IMG/VR virus record: IMGVR_UViG_3300036783_000349
Location: 1 to 34,659 of that record
Reading direction: 5' to 3' (one strand)
Source: a virus
Lineage: Duplodnaviria; Caudoviricetes
DNA: 34,659 nucleotides
Shown here: one piece after another, positions 1 to 9,646 of the stretch
Position numbering within the stretch: the stretch's first letter is position 1
Layout: the number at the start of each line of letters is the position of its first letter
Made by a program: the position numbers and the translations under genes
Notes under the pieces: model-generated
The model's input: only the letters and a program-made list of their open reading frames with translations
What the model was told of the DNA's origin: nothing
The model's database searches: none

Positions 1-390
1 TCAGCGAGCCGGTTTTTTTGTGTCTTTATTTCGCCTGCGCAGCATATTGAGCAGCAGGAAGCACAGCGATCCGAGAGACGTCCAGAACACGGCGCTGCAC
101 AGCCACGCCACCTCCTGCCAGAAAGAGCGCGTGGGTGTCAGGGCCGTATGAATTATCACCAGACAAAGCGGCAGTGCCAGCATAGCCCCGGCCAGCGGCC
201 CGACCACCTTATCTTCTTTCGCGAAAAAGCTGGCGACCGCACCGGGCAGGATGAAGAGCAACAGCCCCAGTTCAACGTGCCCCGTGGCGACAAAGCGCCC
301 GGCCACATTTAAACGTAGCGACAAGAAAACCAGAATAAAGAGCACAAAGCAGCAGATTATCCCTAACCAGCGTTGTCCACGCCTGTACAT
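1..390 (-). CDS. ybjM: Inner membrane protein YbjM-like
   Basis: 129 aa with about 4 hydrophobic segments; 'LGLLLFILPGAVAS' and 'RSFWQEVAWLCSAVFW' resemble YbjM; divergent from ybjL as in enterobacteria. Confidence 0.8.
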   Translation of the reverse strand: MYRRGQRWLGIICCFVLFILVFLSLRLNVAGRFVATGHVELGLLLFILPGAVASFFAKEDKVVGPLAGAMLALPLCLVIIHTALTPTRSFWQEVAWLCSAVFWTSLGSLCFLLLNMLRRRNKDTKKPAR

Positions 391-687
391 ACCCTCTCCT
401 TCTAGTCACCTGTATCGAACCAATAAATAGCTGCTCTTCGCAGCACGAAGAGACCCGAGTCTGATAAAGTTGCGGCAATCCATGCCAAAAAATTGCGCCA
501 CAATTAGCACAATATTCTTACTAGCCGTTAATCCTCATAAAGATTAAACTAGCGGCCGTTGTTAGGGTGTCGCGTGTGATATTTTGATGCTGTTAAAAAG
601 CATTCTTTCACGCTGTTTTCGGCAAAAACCTTAACCTAAAAAACTTTCTCTTTCAATAGCTTACTGGTAAACAAGAAGTTAGCCTTC

Positions 688-2367
688 GTGAATATAAACG
701 TCGCAGATTTGTTAAACGGGAATTACATCCTGTTATTATTTGTGGTGCTGGCCTTAGGGTTGTGCCTGGGTAAATTACGCCTTGGTTCAATCCAACTGGG
801 TAATTCCATTGGTGTTTTAGTGGTCTCTTTATTATTGGGACAACAGCACTTCGCCATTAACACCGACGCCCTGAATCTCGGCTTTATGCTGTTCATTTTC
901 TGCGTCGGCGTGGAAGCCGGACCCAACTTTTTCTCTATTTTCTTCCGCGACGGTAAAAACTACCTGATGCTCGCCCTGGTGATGGTCGGCAGCGCCATGC
1001 TGCTGGCTCTGGGCCTCGGTAAGCTGTTCGGCTGGGACATTGGCCTCACCGCCGGGATGCTGGCAGGCTCCATGACCTCCACGCCGGTATTGGTCGGCGC
1101 GGGCGATACGTTGCGCCACTCCGGCATGTCGGGCGATACGCTCGCAGCCTCACTGGATCATCTGAGCCTTGGCTACGCTCTGACCTATCTGATTGGTCTG
1201 GTAAGCCTGATAATCGGCGCGCGCTATCTGCCGAAGCTACAGCATCAGGATCTGCAAACCAGCGCCCAGCAAATCGCCCGCGAACGCGGCCTGGACACGG
1301 ACGCCACCCGCAAAGTTTATCTGCCGGTGATTCGCGCCTACCGCGTGGGTTCCGAGCTGGTGGCCTGGGCAGACGGTAAAAATCTGCGCGAGCTGGGAAT
1401 TTATCGCCAGACGGGCTGCTATATCGAACGTATTCGCCGCAACGGCATTCTGGCGAACCCCGACGGCGACGCCGTGCTGCAAAAAGGAGATGAAATCTCC
1501 CTGGTCGGCTACCCCGATGCCCATTCACGCCTCGACCCAAGCTTCCGCAACGGTAAAGAAGTCTTCGACCGCGACCTGCTGGATATGCGCATCGTCACCG
1601 AAGAAATCGTGGTCAAAAATCACAATGCCGTGGGCCGCCGCCTGGGCCAGCTCAAGCTGACCGATCACGGCTGCTTCCTCAACCGCGTGATTCGCAGCCA
1701 GATTGAAATGCCCATCGACGATAACATCGTGCTCAATAAGGGCGACGTGTTGCAGGTCAGCGGCGATGCAAGACGCGTGAAAACAGTGGCCGAACGCATT
1801 GGCTTTATCTCGATTCACAGCCAGATAACCGACCTGCTCGCCTTCTGCGCCTTCTTTATCATCGGCCTGATGATCGGCATGATCACCTTCCAGTTCAGCT
1901 CGTTCAGCTTCGGCGTCGGCAACGCGGCGGGCCTGCTGTTTGCGGGGATCATGCTCGGCTTCCTGCGCGCCAACCACCCGACCTTCGGCTATATCCCGCA
2001 GGGCGCGCTGAACATGGTGAAAGAATTTGGCCTGATGGTCTTTATGGCAGGCGTTGGTCTGAGCGCGGGCAGCGGCATTGGCAGCGTCGGCGCGGTCGGC
2101 GGACAAATGCTGGTTGCCGGCCTGATTGTCAGCCTCGTGCCGGTCATCATCTGCTTCCTGTTTGGCGCCTACGTGCTGCGCATGAACCGCGCTCTGCTCT
2201 TCGGAGCCATGATGGGCGCCCGCACCTGCGCGCCGGCCATGGAAATCATCAGCGACGTCTCGCGCAGCAACATTCCGGCCCTCGGCTACGCGGGCACCTA
2301 CGCGATAGCTAACGTGCTGTTAACGCTGGCAGGTACGCTGATAGTGATCGTATGGCCCGGTTTGTGA
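688..2367 (+). CDS. ybjL: Putative transporter YbjL (AAE aspartate:alanine exchanger family, two TrkA-C domains)
   Basis: 559 aa, GTG start, N-terminus [29 protein letters not shown]; two membrane repeats flank a soluble region; synteny with ybjM and rybB. Confidence 0.93.
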   Translation: MNINVADLLNGNYILLLFVVLALGLCLGKLRLGSIQLGNSIGVLVVSLLLGQQHFAINTDALNLGFMLFIFCVGVEAGPNFFSIFFRDGKNYLMLALVMVGSAMLLALGLGKLFGWDIGLTAGMLAGSMTSTPVLVGAGDTLRHSGMSGDTLAASLDHLSLGYALTYLIGLVSLIIGARYLPKLQHQDLQTSAQQIARERGLDTDATRKVYLPVIRAYRVGSELVAWADGKNLRELGIYRQTGCYIERIRRNGILANPDGDAVLQKGDEISLVGYPDAHSRLDPSFRNGKEVFDRDLLDMRIVTEEIVVKNHNAVGRRLGQLKLTDHGCFLNRVIRSQIEMPIDDNIVLNKGDVLQVSGDARRVKTVAERIGFISIHSQITDLLAFCAFFIIGLMIGMITFQFSSFSFGVGNAAGLLFAGIMLGFLRANHPTFGYIPQGALNMVKEFGLMVFMAGVGLSAGSGIGSVGAVGGQMLVAGLIVSLVPVIICFLFGAYVLRMNRALLFGAMMGARTCAPAMEIISDVSRSNIPALGYAGTYAIANVLLTLAGTLIVIVWPGL

Positions 2368-2412
2368 TCGAGGGCACAGACAAAGAAAAATAGTTTTTTT
2401 TTAAGATGGGCA

Positions 2413-2439
2413 GAACTTTTTGCCCAGGCAAAAGTCTTA
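2413..2439 (+). promoter_or_regulatory. SigmaE promoter of rybB
   Basis: GAACTT (2413-2418), 16 bp spacer, TCTTA (2435-2439), then the RybB 5' end at 2446. Confidence 0.85.
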
Positions 2440-2445
2440 ATTAGT

Positions 2446-2524
2446 GCCACTGCTTTTCTTTGATGTCCCCAATTTGTGGAGCCCATCAACCCCGCCTCTT
2501 TGGTTCAAGGTTGATGGGTTTTTT
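2446..2524 (+). ncRNA. rybB: RybB sRNA with its intrinsic terminator
   Basis: Starts with the conserved seed GCCACTGCTTTTCTTTGATGTCCCC; ends in the CCCATCAACC...GGTTGATGGG hairpin plus T-run; located downstream of ybjL. Confidence 0.95.
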
Positions 2525-2549
2525 ATTGCCTGAAATTTGTGGCCTTTCT

Positions 2550-2621
2550 AATCAGATACTTACCAACCACCTTTAAGCCTGATGGCGACAAAATGGCGGC
2601 AGTGATTTCGCCATGGCGGCA
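2550..2621 (+). repeat. att-arm region: IHF site and three ATGGCGRCA repeats (probable integrase arm-type sites)
   Basis: AATCAGATACTTA (2550-2562) fits WATCARNNNNTTR; ATGGCGACA at 2582, ATGGCGGCA at 2593 and 2613. Confidence 0.6.
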
Positions 2622-2629
2622 ACAGGCAT

Positions 2630-2652
2630 AAAAAAACCCGCCAGCGGCGGGT
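2630..2652 (-). terminator. Intrinsic terminator after ogr
   Basis: On the minus strand ACCCGCC-GCT-GGCGGGT followed by a T-run, just past the ogr stop. Confidence 0.85.
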
Positions 2653-2657
2653 CAGAG

Positions 2658-2873
2658 TCAGTAAGCAAATTGTTCCTGCATACCTTTGGGATGAGGTGGT
2701 GCAGCGCTGATTTTTTGCGGACGGCAGACTGACCGGACGAAAGTCTCATGCGTCACAAAAGTATGCCCACACTCGATGTTAGTACACTGGTTGTAGCGTT
2801 CTTTGGTTTCGTTAGAAACCTGGAAGCTGCTTCGGGTATGTGCCGCCTGTCCGCACATAGGACAATTCATCAT
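2658..2873 (-). CDS. ogr: Late transcriptional activator Ogr/B (zinc finger)
   Basis: MMNCPMCGQAAHTRSS...YNQCTNIECGHTF, a C4 zinc finger; follows gene D. Confidence 0.93.
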   Translation of the reverse strand: MMNCPMCGQAAHTRSSFQVSNETKERYNQCTNIECGHTFVTHETFVRSVCRPQKISAAPPHPKGMQEQFAY

Positions 2874-2940
2874 AATAATCAGCCCTCATTATTAACCAGT
2901 TCGCAATAATGATACATCATTGTTCGCAATTTGGAACTAA

Positions 2941-4038
2941 TCATTCAATTGCGAACTCATCTATTTTCACCTCAAACTCAATGCTGGTTGTGAAACCACT
3001 GTCAGCATTGACCGTATGTGTGAGCGTGGTGATCGTCCATTCCGCCTCCTCAATAGGCTGTTTGAAGCCGCTGACCTTCACAGGCATTTCCGTGTAGAGA
3101 TCGGCCCGACCTTCCGCCAGCTGCAGCGAGAAGGACGCCACACCGCGCTGCAGGCGCTCCCACTGCATTTTGGCGGCCCGTTCAGCGTTGGCCCGGTTGG
3201 CATAGGTCCTGTTCAGTACCAGCACGTTTTCATCCGTGCCCACCAGATAATCTCCCTGCTTTGCCTCCGGCTCCTTTGGTGTCCTGGTTTTCTTCCGGCG
3301 CTTAACGCTTGTGGTTTCCTTCTTTGCTGGCTCCCGCGTATGCAGCCAGCTGGCAATCACCCCCGTATAGGCCCCGCGATCTGCCAGGCTGAAACGGTGA
3401 CTGTCTCCGGCCTTGCGGGTGAGGGTGATTACCGGCAGCGGCTTTCCGCTGGCGGTTCTGCCCTGCCCCTGACGGATAAACAGCAGATGCCCGTCTTTCA
3501 CCGATGCAATGGCCCCAAACTGCCGCGCCAGCTTCATCAAAAAACTCGCGTCGCTTTCGTTGGTCTGGTCCAGGTGATCCAGCGGCTTGTCGGCAAGGCT
3601 CTGGCCCAGGGCCATTGTCAGGTTGTGGCGGGTGGCAATATCTTTCACCACGTCGCCCACCGTCGTCTGATGCCAGGATTTCTCCCGCCTGGTGTTCAGG
3701 GTTTCCCGGAAGTCGGCACTGCGGGCGCGGATGGTCAGCCTGTCCGGTGCGCCAGCGTGCTCAATTTCATCCACCGTGAAACTGCCCTTTGGAAAAAGGG
3801 GCTGCCCTTTCCAGCCCAGCGCCAGGGTGATGACCGCCCCGCGCCGTGGCAACACGATTTGCCCGTCGGCGTCGTCCAGTTCCAGGTCGAGCTGGTCAGC
3901 TTCAAAGCCCCGGTTGTCCGTCAGGGTCAGGCTCATCAGGCGCTTATCCAGCACCTCCGTCACGTTCTTGCCCTCAATCACGATACTGAAAGCGGGTGTT
4001 TTGCTGTTAAGGTCCAGCAGATCGGAGCTGATATTCAT
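2941..4038 (-). CDS. D: Tail/baseplate hub protein gpD
   Basis: 'LTDNRGFEADQLDLELDDADG' and 'DQTNESDASFL' motifs; position after U. Confidence 0.92.
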   Translation of the reverse strand: MNISSDLLDLNSKTPAFSIVIEGKNVTEVLDKRLMSLTLTDNRGFEADQLDLELDDADGQIVLPRRGAVITLALGWKGQPLFPKGSFTVDEIEHAGAPDRLTIRARSADFRETLNTRREKSWHQTTVGDVVKDIATRHNLTMALGQSLADKPLDHLDQTNESDASFLMKLARQFGAIASVKDGHLLFIRQGQGRTASGKPLPVITLTRKAGDSHRFSLADRGAYTGVIASWLHTREPAKKETTSVKRRKKTRTPKEPEAKQGDYLVGTDENVLVLNRTYANRANAERAAKMQWERLQRGVASFSLQLAEGRADLYTEMPVKVSGFKQPIEEAEWTITTLTHTVNADSGFTTSIEFEVKIDEFAIE

Positions 4039-4520
4039 TGCAGCAGCCCTCCGACGGTGCTGGTGATGTTACCGATAGCTGACGCGGCGGAATCCTGCAG
4101 GTTGCTCAGCTGGTCGCTGAGGCTGCCGAACATATCAGACAGAGACTCATCCGCCCGTTTGAGAGTCAGCGAAAACTCAATCCGGCGCGCCTCACCTCCG
4201 GCGAAAAATTCGGTTTTGGTCTGGCTCAGGCTCTCGATCACGAACATGCCATATATCGTGCCGCTGCCCTCAATCAGGGGCCATGATTTACCCAGCTCCG
4301 CCATCTGCTCCAGCGCCAGCAGGGACAGCCTGCCGCCCGTGATTTCAGGCAGCAGGACGCCGGAAAGTGTGAGTGAATCATTGTCCGGGCCAAGAAACTG
4401 CGTGGACGGCAGGCGGCTCACCCGGCTGTTGGTTGCGTGCCGCCAGCTGCGCTGATATTGCAGCTCCTGATAAGGCACGGTGCGCAGTTGAAAAACATAT
4501 AACCCCAGCACCATCATCAT
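4035..4520 (-). CDS. U: Tail protein gpU
   Basis: MMMVLGLYVFQLRTVPYQELQ...QFLGPDNDSLTLSG; overlaps T and D by ATGA. Confidence 0.92.
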   Translation of the reverse strand: MMMVLGLYVFQLRTVPYQELQYQRSWRHATNSRVSRLPSTQFLGPDNDSLTLSGVLLPEITGGRLSLLALEQMAELGKSWPLIEGSGTIYGMFVIESLSQTKTEFFAGGEARRIEFSLTLKRADESLSDMFGSLSDQLSNLQDSAASAIGNITSTVGGLLQ

Positions 4521-7315
4521 GATTCATATCCCCCCTGGTCGCTGTAGTTGCTGCGGGCTTTCGCCCTGGCGCGGCGTTCCCGTTCGTCCAGTTGCCTTGC
4601 CACCTCACGGGCAATATCCTGCGCGCTTTGCCCCGGCTGGGCGACAATATGGATAGGCGCGTTGATTTCGTAGCGCATTGCAGGCGGCTGGCTGACAGCT
4701 TTCGCCTGCGGGGCGCGATATGTCGCAGCGGGCAGGCTCATAGGGTGAAGTGGCGCTGCCTCAGCAGGCACAGCTGCGGCGCCCATCATTCCGGCAACGA
4801 CGGATGCCAGCGCCGCCGTACGCCTGCGGCTGGTCACATTAGCCGGGCCGTTAACAATCTCCGGCCCGTTTTCGCCGACAATGCCAAACTGACCTCGCGG
4901 AATAATGCCACCGCTGTCATACATTCCGGCAAACGGAACCACAGCAGCAGCGCCACCAACTTCCTGCACCTGTGTTTTACCCGCCACGTTATTATTTCCG
5001 GTCATCCAGTCCGGCAGATAATCGGTGACGGAGGACAACTTGCTTTTGAGCGTTTCCCATTTCGCATTGATGCCGTTCAGAATGCTGTCAATGATGGCGC
5101 TGCCCATCTCCTGGAATTTAGCCGGGAGCGCGGCAACGTCTGCCAGAATGGCATTCCATTTATCACTGATGGTCTGCCGAACAGTGGTCCATGCCTCAGA
5201 CACTCCAGCCTTAATTGCGTCCCAGTTTTTAGCAATTAAGCCCGGCAGGGTGTAATTGAAAAACAGAGATTTGATACCTTCCCAGGTGCTGCTGGCAGCC
5301 TGTTTAATCCATTCCCACGCCGCCGTGGTTGCAGCGCAAACCGTGTCCCACATGGCTTTGAACTTCGGCCCCAGGGTGTCCCAGTTCTGCCAGATAAGAA
5401 TAGCGCCCATGGCTATCAGGCCGATCACTGCCAGGATAGGATTTGCAAACATCAGACGGCCCAGCCACATGATCCCCTTACCGACGCCACCGAGTGCTTT
5501 GGTAATCATGCCAAAGGCGCTACCACCCTTGATGCCCAGGATTGAAAACTGCAGACGCATCAGCGCCAACGGCCCCAGTACAGCGGACACCGCCAGCATC
5601 ACCGTGCCCAGCACCACCGCAATCGACGCCAGCGCTGCCATGACTTTCAGCAGGCCACCTGCCAGCTTCGGGTTTTCCTCCACCCAGCGGCGGAATGAGC
5701 CGGTGACCTGCTTGACCGTGTTCATGATTGCCATCAGTGGGGCGCGCAGCGTTTCGCCCAGACTGCTGAACGTGTTTTGCGCGCCTGTTTTGACCAGCAA
5801 CCACTGCGCAGACAGGGAGTCTTTGTTGATGTCGGACTCTTTCTGCATAGAGCCGTTGGCGTCACTGCCGGAAGTGAGCTTGAGCTGACGCTGCAGCTCC
5901 GGCAGATTGTTTGCGAGCTTCGCCGCATCATCACCAAACTCCTTGCCAAAAATCAGCGTCATCGCACCCAGGCGCTTGTCTTTCGGCAGGTTGTTGACCT
6001 TTTCCAGCACGCGCTGAATGGTGCCCATTGCATCCTCGGTCATCTCCTTTTCAATCTGCGCCGGATTCAGCTTCAACAGGTCCATGCCTGCAAAAAAGCT
6101 TTTGCTCTGCATGGTGGCAATTGACAGCTCGCGCACCATGGCGTTTGCCGCACTGGCCGCAACTTCCGGCGCGGTGCCAAGGGAAAGGAACGTGGAACCG
6201 AGCGCGGCAGCCTTGCGATAATCCAGACGGTCCGCCACGCCGCCCATGCGCTGCAGGACGTCGATAATATCTCCGCCCTTTGACATGGCGTTATCGTCCA
6301 GGTAGTTCAGCGCATCACCCAGTTGCTCAATGTTGCGAGTGGGTACTTTGTAGAGCGAGGCGATTTTCCCCAGGCTTTCGGAAAGCTCATCCGCCGGAAG
6401 CTCAAACGCCGTTGACGCTTTCGCCGCCGTGGCAGCAAAAGCCAGCAAATCACGCTTCTGGTCTGCCCAGGCGTCATTGGGGTTTGCCACGTTCATGCGC
6501 GCGCCGCCCTCAACCAGCGCGGCAAAGTCCACCGCCCCGTTTTCCATCGGCAGCTGTTCGCAGGCAGCCTTGATGGCGTCCTGCATTTCATAGAACCGAG
6601 CGGTACGGTTGCCGTTATCATCGCGCAGACCATTAACCTGCTTCGCCACCCCTTTCATGGCATCTTCCATGCTGGCATAGCTTTTCACGGCAGCCATTAC
6701 CGGTGCGCCCATTGCCACCCCGGCGGCGGTTGTCGTCGCCCCAGCCCCGGCAATCCGATCACGCACTTCCAGACGGTGAGAATAGTCCGCACGGGCAGCG
6801 TGCATTTTCCGCTGCTGCTCCCCTACCCGTTTCAACCTCGCCTCCTGCACAGAAAGCTGGCTGTTGTAGCGTTCCGTTTCACGGGTAATTCTGGCGGTGG
6901 CATTCGCGCCATCCTTTGCAGAAATGCCCGTCCGGTAAAGTTCAGCACGAACCAGCGCACTCTGGCGCTGCAGCTTTTGCTGCTTTTCTTCCAGCCGTTG
7001 CACCGCCAGCCGCTGACGATCCAGCGCCACAATCTGCCGCTGCGACGGCGGCCCCATCGCGCCCAGCTCATTTTTCAGCAAAGAAGAACGCTGGCGGGCA
7101 TAGTTCAGCCTGTCGCCCAGCTTCTGGCTTTCAGCCTGCAGTTTGCGGAAGCTGTCCAGGCTGCTTCCTGCCTGGTCAAGCTGTTTGATAGCGTCACGGG
7201 ATTTTTTCACAGCGGCAGCCAGCTCTCTTGTGCTGGCCTGCGCGCTTTTGAAAGGGCGGGTGAGTTTATCAACCGCATTCAGTACCACCTGCAGGCGCAG
7301 GTTATTATCACTCAT
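4517..7315 (-). CDS. T: Tail tape measure protein gpT
   Basis: 932 aa, helical and Ala-rich; 'NLRLQVVLNAVDKLTRP' start and 'GIVGENGPEIV' near the C-terminus. Confidence 0.93.
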   Translation of the reverse strand: MSDNNLRLQVVLNAVDKLTRPFKSAQASTRELAAAVKKSRDAIKQLDQAGSSLDSFRKLQAESQKLGDRLNYARQRSSLLKNELGAMGPPSQRQIVALDRQRLAVQRLEEKQQKLQRQSALVRAELYRTGISAKDGANATARITRETERYNSQLSVQEARLKRVGEQQRKMHAARADYSHRLEVRDRIAGAGATTTAAGVAMGAPVMAAVKSYASMEDAMKGVAKQVNGLRDDNGNRTARFYEMQDAIKAACEQLPMENGAVDFAALVEGGARMNVANPNDAWADQKRDLLAFAATAAKASTAFELPADELSESLGKIASLYKVPTRNIEQLGDALNYLDDNAMSKGGDIIDVLQRMGGVADRLDYRKAAALGSTFLSLGTAPEVAASAANAMVRELSIATMQSKSFFAGMDLLKLNPAQIEKEMTEDAMGTIQRVLEKVNNLPKDKRLGAMTLIFGKEFGDDAAKLANNLPELQRQLKLTSGSDANGSMQKESDINKDSLSAQWLLVKTGAQNTFSSLGETLRAPLMAIMNTVKQVTGSFRRWVEENPKLAGGLLKVMAALASIAVVLGTVMLAVSAVLGPLALMRLQFSILGIKGGSAFGMITKALGGVGKGIMWLGRLMFANPILAVIGLIAMGAILIWQNWDTLGPKFKAMWDTVCAATTAAWEWIKQAASSTWEGIKSLFFNYTLPGLIAKNWDAIKAGVSEAWTTVRQTISDKWNAILADVAALPAKFQEMGSAIIDSILNGINAKWETLKSKLSSVTDYLPDWMTGNNNVAGKTQVQEVGGAAAVVPFAGMYDSGGIIPRGQFGIVGENGPEIVNGPANVTSRRRTAALASVVAGMMGAAAVPAEAAPLHPMSLPAATYRAPQAKAVSQPPAMRYEINAPIHIVAQPGQSAQDIAREVARQLDERERRARAKARSNYSDQGGYES

Positions 7316-7427
7316 CGCTGGCCCCGCTTCTCAGGATCGCTTTATGCCGCCACTCCAGCACCTCAGTCAGCGGCATAACGTCAGTGACGGACGGCGGCCA
7401 GTGAAAAATGGTGGCAATGTCTGCCAC
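7308..7427 (-). CDS. E': gpE' frame, expressed as E+E' by -1 frameshift
   Basis: Translated by hand (absent from ORF track): VADIATIFHWPPSVTDVMPLTEVLEWRHKAILRSGASDE*. Confidence 0.88.
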   Translation of the reverse strand: MADIATIFHWPPSVTDVMPLTEVLEWRHKAILRSGASDE

Positions 7428-7441
7428 CAGGTCATCAACCG

Positions 7442-7744
7442 TCAGGCTGTCGGCAAATCGGCAAGCACCGATTTCTTCAACAAAAAAGTGACCACCTCCA
7501 CGGACATTGCGGTAAGGTCCGCCGGGTCCAGCTCTGCCATTTCCTGCGGGGTCAGCGTCGGGCTGGAGATACGCGGAATGATGGTCATCATTGCGCTCAC
7601 GTCCATATCCATGATGGCCTGCAGGCGGGTGCCACGCAGCGCGCCGGATTGTGGTTTACGCAGTACCACCTCGTTGATTTCACTTTTACCCCGCAGGATT
7701 GGCGTATCCAGTACCACGGTTTTTTCGTTTGCTTTGTCGCTCAT
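7442..7744 (-). CDS. E: Tail assembly chaperone gpE
   Basis: 'VVLRKPQSGALRGTRL...LDPADL'; lies between FII and T. Confidence 0.9.
   Translation of the reverse strand: MSDKANEKTVVLDTPILRGKSEINEVVLRKPQSGALRGTRLQAIMDMDVSAMMTIIPRISSPTLTPQEMAELDPADLTAMSVEVVTFLLKKSVLADLPTA
7481..7487 (-). promoter_or_regulatory. Programmed -1 frameshift slippery site TTTTTTG
   Basis: The T6G motif known from P2 E/E' lies near the 3' end of E, and the -1 frame is open into E'. Confidence 0.85.
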
Positions 7745-7797
7745 GTTCTTGTCCTTAGGTCGGGAAACAGGGCGCGGAAGCGCGCCGTTATGGATTA

Positions 7798-8313
7798 TCA
7801 GAGGCCAATGGCGCGACGGTGCGCTTCCATCAGGTCCACGCCGTCCACGATTTCAACCATGTTGATCGTGTCGACCTCATAGAGCACTTCGCCGTTAATG
7901 GTCAGTTTGGCGTAGCTGTTGGTGCTGCTGACCTTGGTACTGTTGCTTTCCCCGGTTTTCAGCTCGCCTGCGTCAATTTCTTTATGACGCCCGCGCACTA
8001 CCAGCTCCACCGCCTGCACTTCCCCGGTATCATCACGCTGAATAGAACCCGTGAAACGCAACTGGATGCCGTCGGCAGTGGTTTTTGCCAGCTGCTTGTA
8101 GAGCAGCGATTCCATCCCGCCGATGGAAAATTCCGTGTCCAGCGCGCCGTCATCCAGCCCCATGTCCACATCCACCGCGCCAGCCATGCCGCCGCCGCGA
8201 TACTTCTCAAACTTGCGGGTAAATTTCGGCAGGGTCAGGGACTCAACGATCCCCTGCCAGTTGTTCCCGTCGTTAAACAGGTTCAGGTGTTTTAACTTAC
8301 GTGGTAAAGCCAT
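7798..8313 (-). CDS. FII: Tail tube protein FII
   Basis: MALPRKLKHLNLFNDGN N-terminus, 171 aa. Confidence 0.95.
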   Translation of the reverse strand: MALPRKLKHLNLFNDGNNWQGIVESLTLPKFTRKFEKYRGGGMAGAVDVDMGLDDGALDTEFSIGGMESLLYKQLAKTTADGIQLRFTGSIQRDDTGEVQAVELVVRGRHKEIDAGELKTGESNSTKVSSTNSYAKLTINGEVLYEVDTINMVEIVDGVDLMEAHRRAIGL

Positions 8314-8322
8314 GGTGCCCCC

Positions 8323-9495
8323 TTATGCGCTGACCTGGCTGGCAAAATTCATCAGGTACTGGTCAGTGATGCGCTGGCGTAGCAGCAGATTTTCCAGTGG
8401 TGGCACTGGCGTGTAGTCGTAATCGATCAGCAGCTTCCCGGCCTTGAGCGTGTCCTTATCGTTCACGGCCTCATCCAGCCAGCAGTCACCGCCGATGAGG
8501 TAGCCCTGGCTCACCAGGCTGCGCATTTTGGCGCGGATACCTTCGATAATGTCGCGCGCCAGCGACGGGTTAAGCGGCTTGTCCACCGCCCACATATGGG
8601 CTTCTGCCATGGTGTCAGCCAGCACCTGCGCCGTGCGGGTGTAGCTTTCAAACTGGAACAGTGGATCGTCGCTAAGGCTGCGGGAACCCCAGAAACGGAA
8701 GCCGTCTTTGCGGATCAGCGTAGTGACGTCGCTCTGGTTCAGCAGCCCCGCATCGGTTGCCGGGTCCTGCAGATCCCAGAACACATCCGCAGACAGTCCG
8801 GTGACACCGTTCACGCCGACATTGGACAGGGTTTTGTGCCATCCGGTCTGCTCGTCGATTTTGGCGCGCAGGCCAAGGGCGCGGGCCGTGGCAAACGCGG
8901 TGGCATCGGCCTGCAGCACGGTGTCAAAGTTGATGAAGTCAGGCCAGATAAGCATCCCCTCGCGCTGGCTGAAGCTCTCACGGTAGGTGATCGCTTCTTC
9001 CACGGTTTTGCAGCCGTAGGCGGCGAGGTACGCAAACCCGCGCAGGCTTTGCGCCACACCCAGCAGCTCCGTTGCCACAGCCTGGCTGTCGTGGCCCGGT
9101 ACGCCGAGGATGCGCGGCTTAACGCCCAGCTGTGACTGTGCAGACAGCAGTGCTTTGATGCCTGTTTTTTTGCCGTCAGACGTCACACCGCCGATGATAT
9201 TGGTGGTGGTTTCCGCTTCGGTTTCGCCCTGCTCCACGCGGACAACCACGGTGACGGGTTTGGCCTGATCGGCAATCGCATCCAGCGAGCGGGCCAGCGT
9301 GCCGGACTCGCCCGCTTTGCCGCTGGCAGTCAGCACGTCAGTCAGTAAGACAGGTTTATTGAGGGGGAACACTGACGGGTCGGCGTCGTCCCCGGTACAG
9401 ACCATACCCACAATGGCGGTGCTCACCGTGGTAATGGTGCGGGTGCCCTCGTTGATTTCCTCAACGCGCACCCCGTGGTGGTAATCCTGAGCCAT
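8323..9495 (-). CDS. FI: Tail sheath protein FI
   Basis: [20 protein letters not shown]-terminus; 'GFRFWG' and '[12 protein letters not shown]' motifs. Confidence 0.95.
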   Translation of the reverse strand: MAQDYHHGVRVEEINEGTRTITTVSTAIVGMVCTGDDADPSVFPLNKPVLLTDVLTASGKAGESGTLARSLDAIADQAKPVTVVVRVEQGETEAETTTNIIGGVTSDGKKTGIKALLSAQSQLGVKPRILGVPGHDSQAVATELLGVAQSLRGFAYLAAYGCKTVEEAITYRESFSQREGMLIWPDFINFDTVLQADATAFATARALGLRAKIDEQTGWHKTLSNVGVNGVTGLSADVFWDLQDPATDAGLLNQSDVTTLIRKDGFRFWGSRSLSDDPLFQFESYTRTAQVLADTMAEAHMWAVDKPLNPSLARDIIEGIRAKMRSLVSQGYLIGGDCWLDEAVNDKDTLKAGKLLIDYDYTPVPPLENLLLRQRITDQYLMNFASQVSA

Positions 9496-9567
9496 AAGGC
9501 ATTTCTCCGGTTTACAGGGGTGCGTCTATGTTCTGGTGGTTTCGTGCGTGGCGCACGTGCTGGGCTT

Positions 9568-9585
9568 TGTGTGGCAGTTGGTACA
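9568..9585 (-). promoter_or_regulatory. Ogr-binding box of the F late promoter
   Basis: TGT-GTGGCAGTTGGT-ACA fits TGT-N12-ACA, upstream of FI. Confidence 0.75.
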
Positions 9586-9646
9586 ATGAGAGGATGACGA
9601 GGATTGAAAATGCACGCCCATGACAAGTGGACGTGCTTCTCAGAAT

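Noticed and set aside
3016-4455. 479 aa plus-strand ORF
   Set aside because: Antisense shadow of D and U; no recognisable motifs; long shadow frames are common opposite GC-rich coding sequence.
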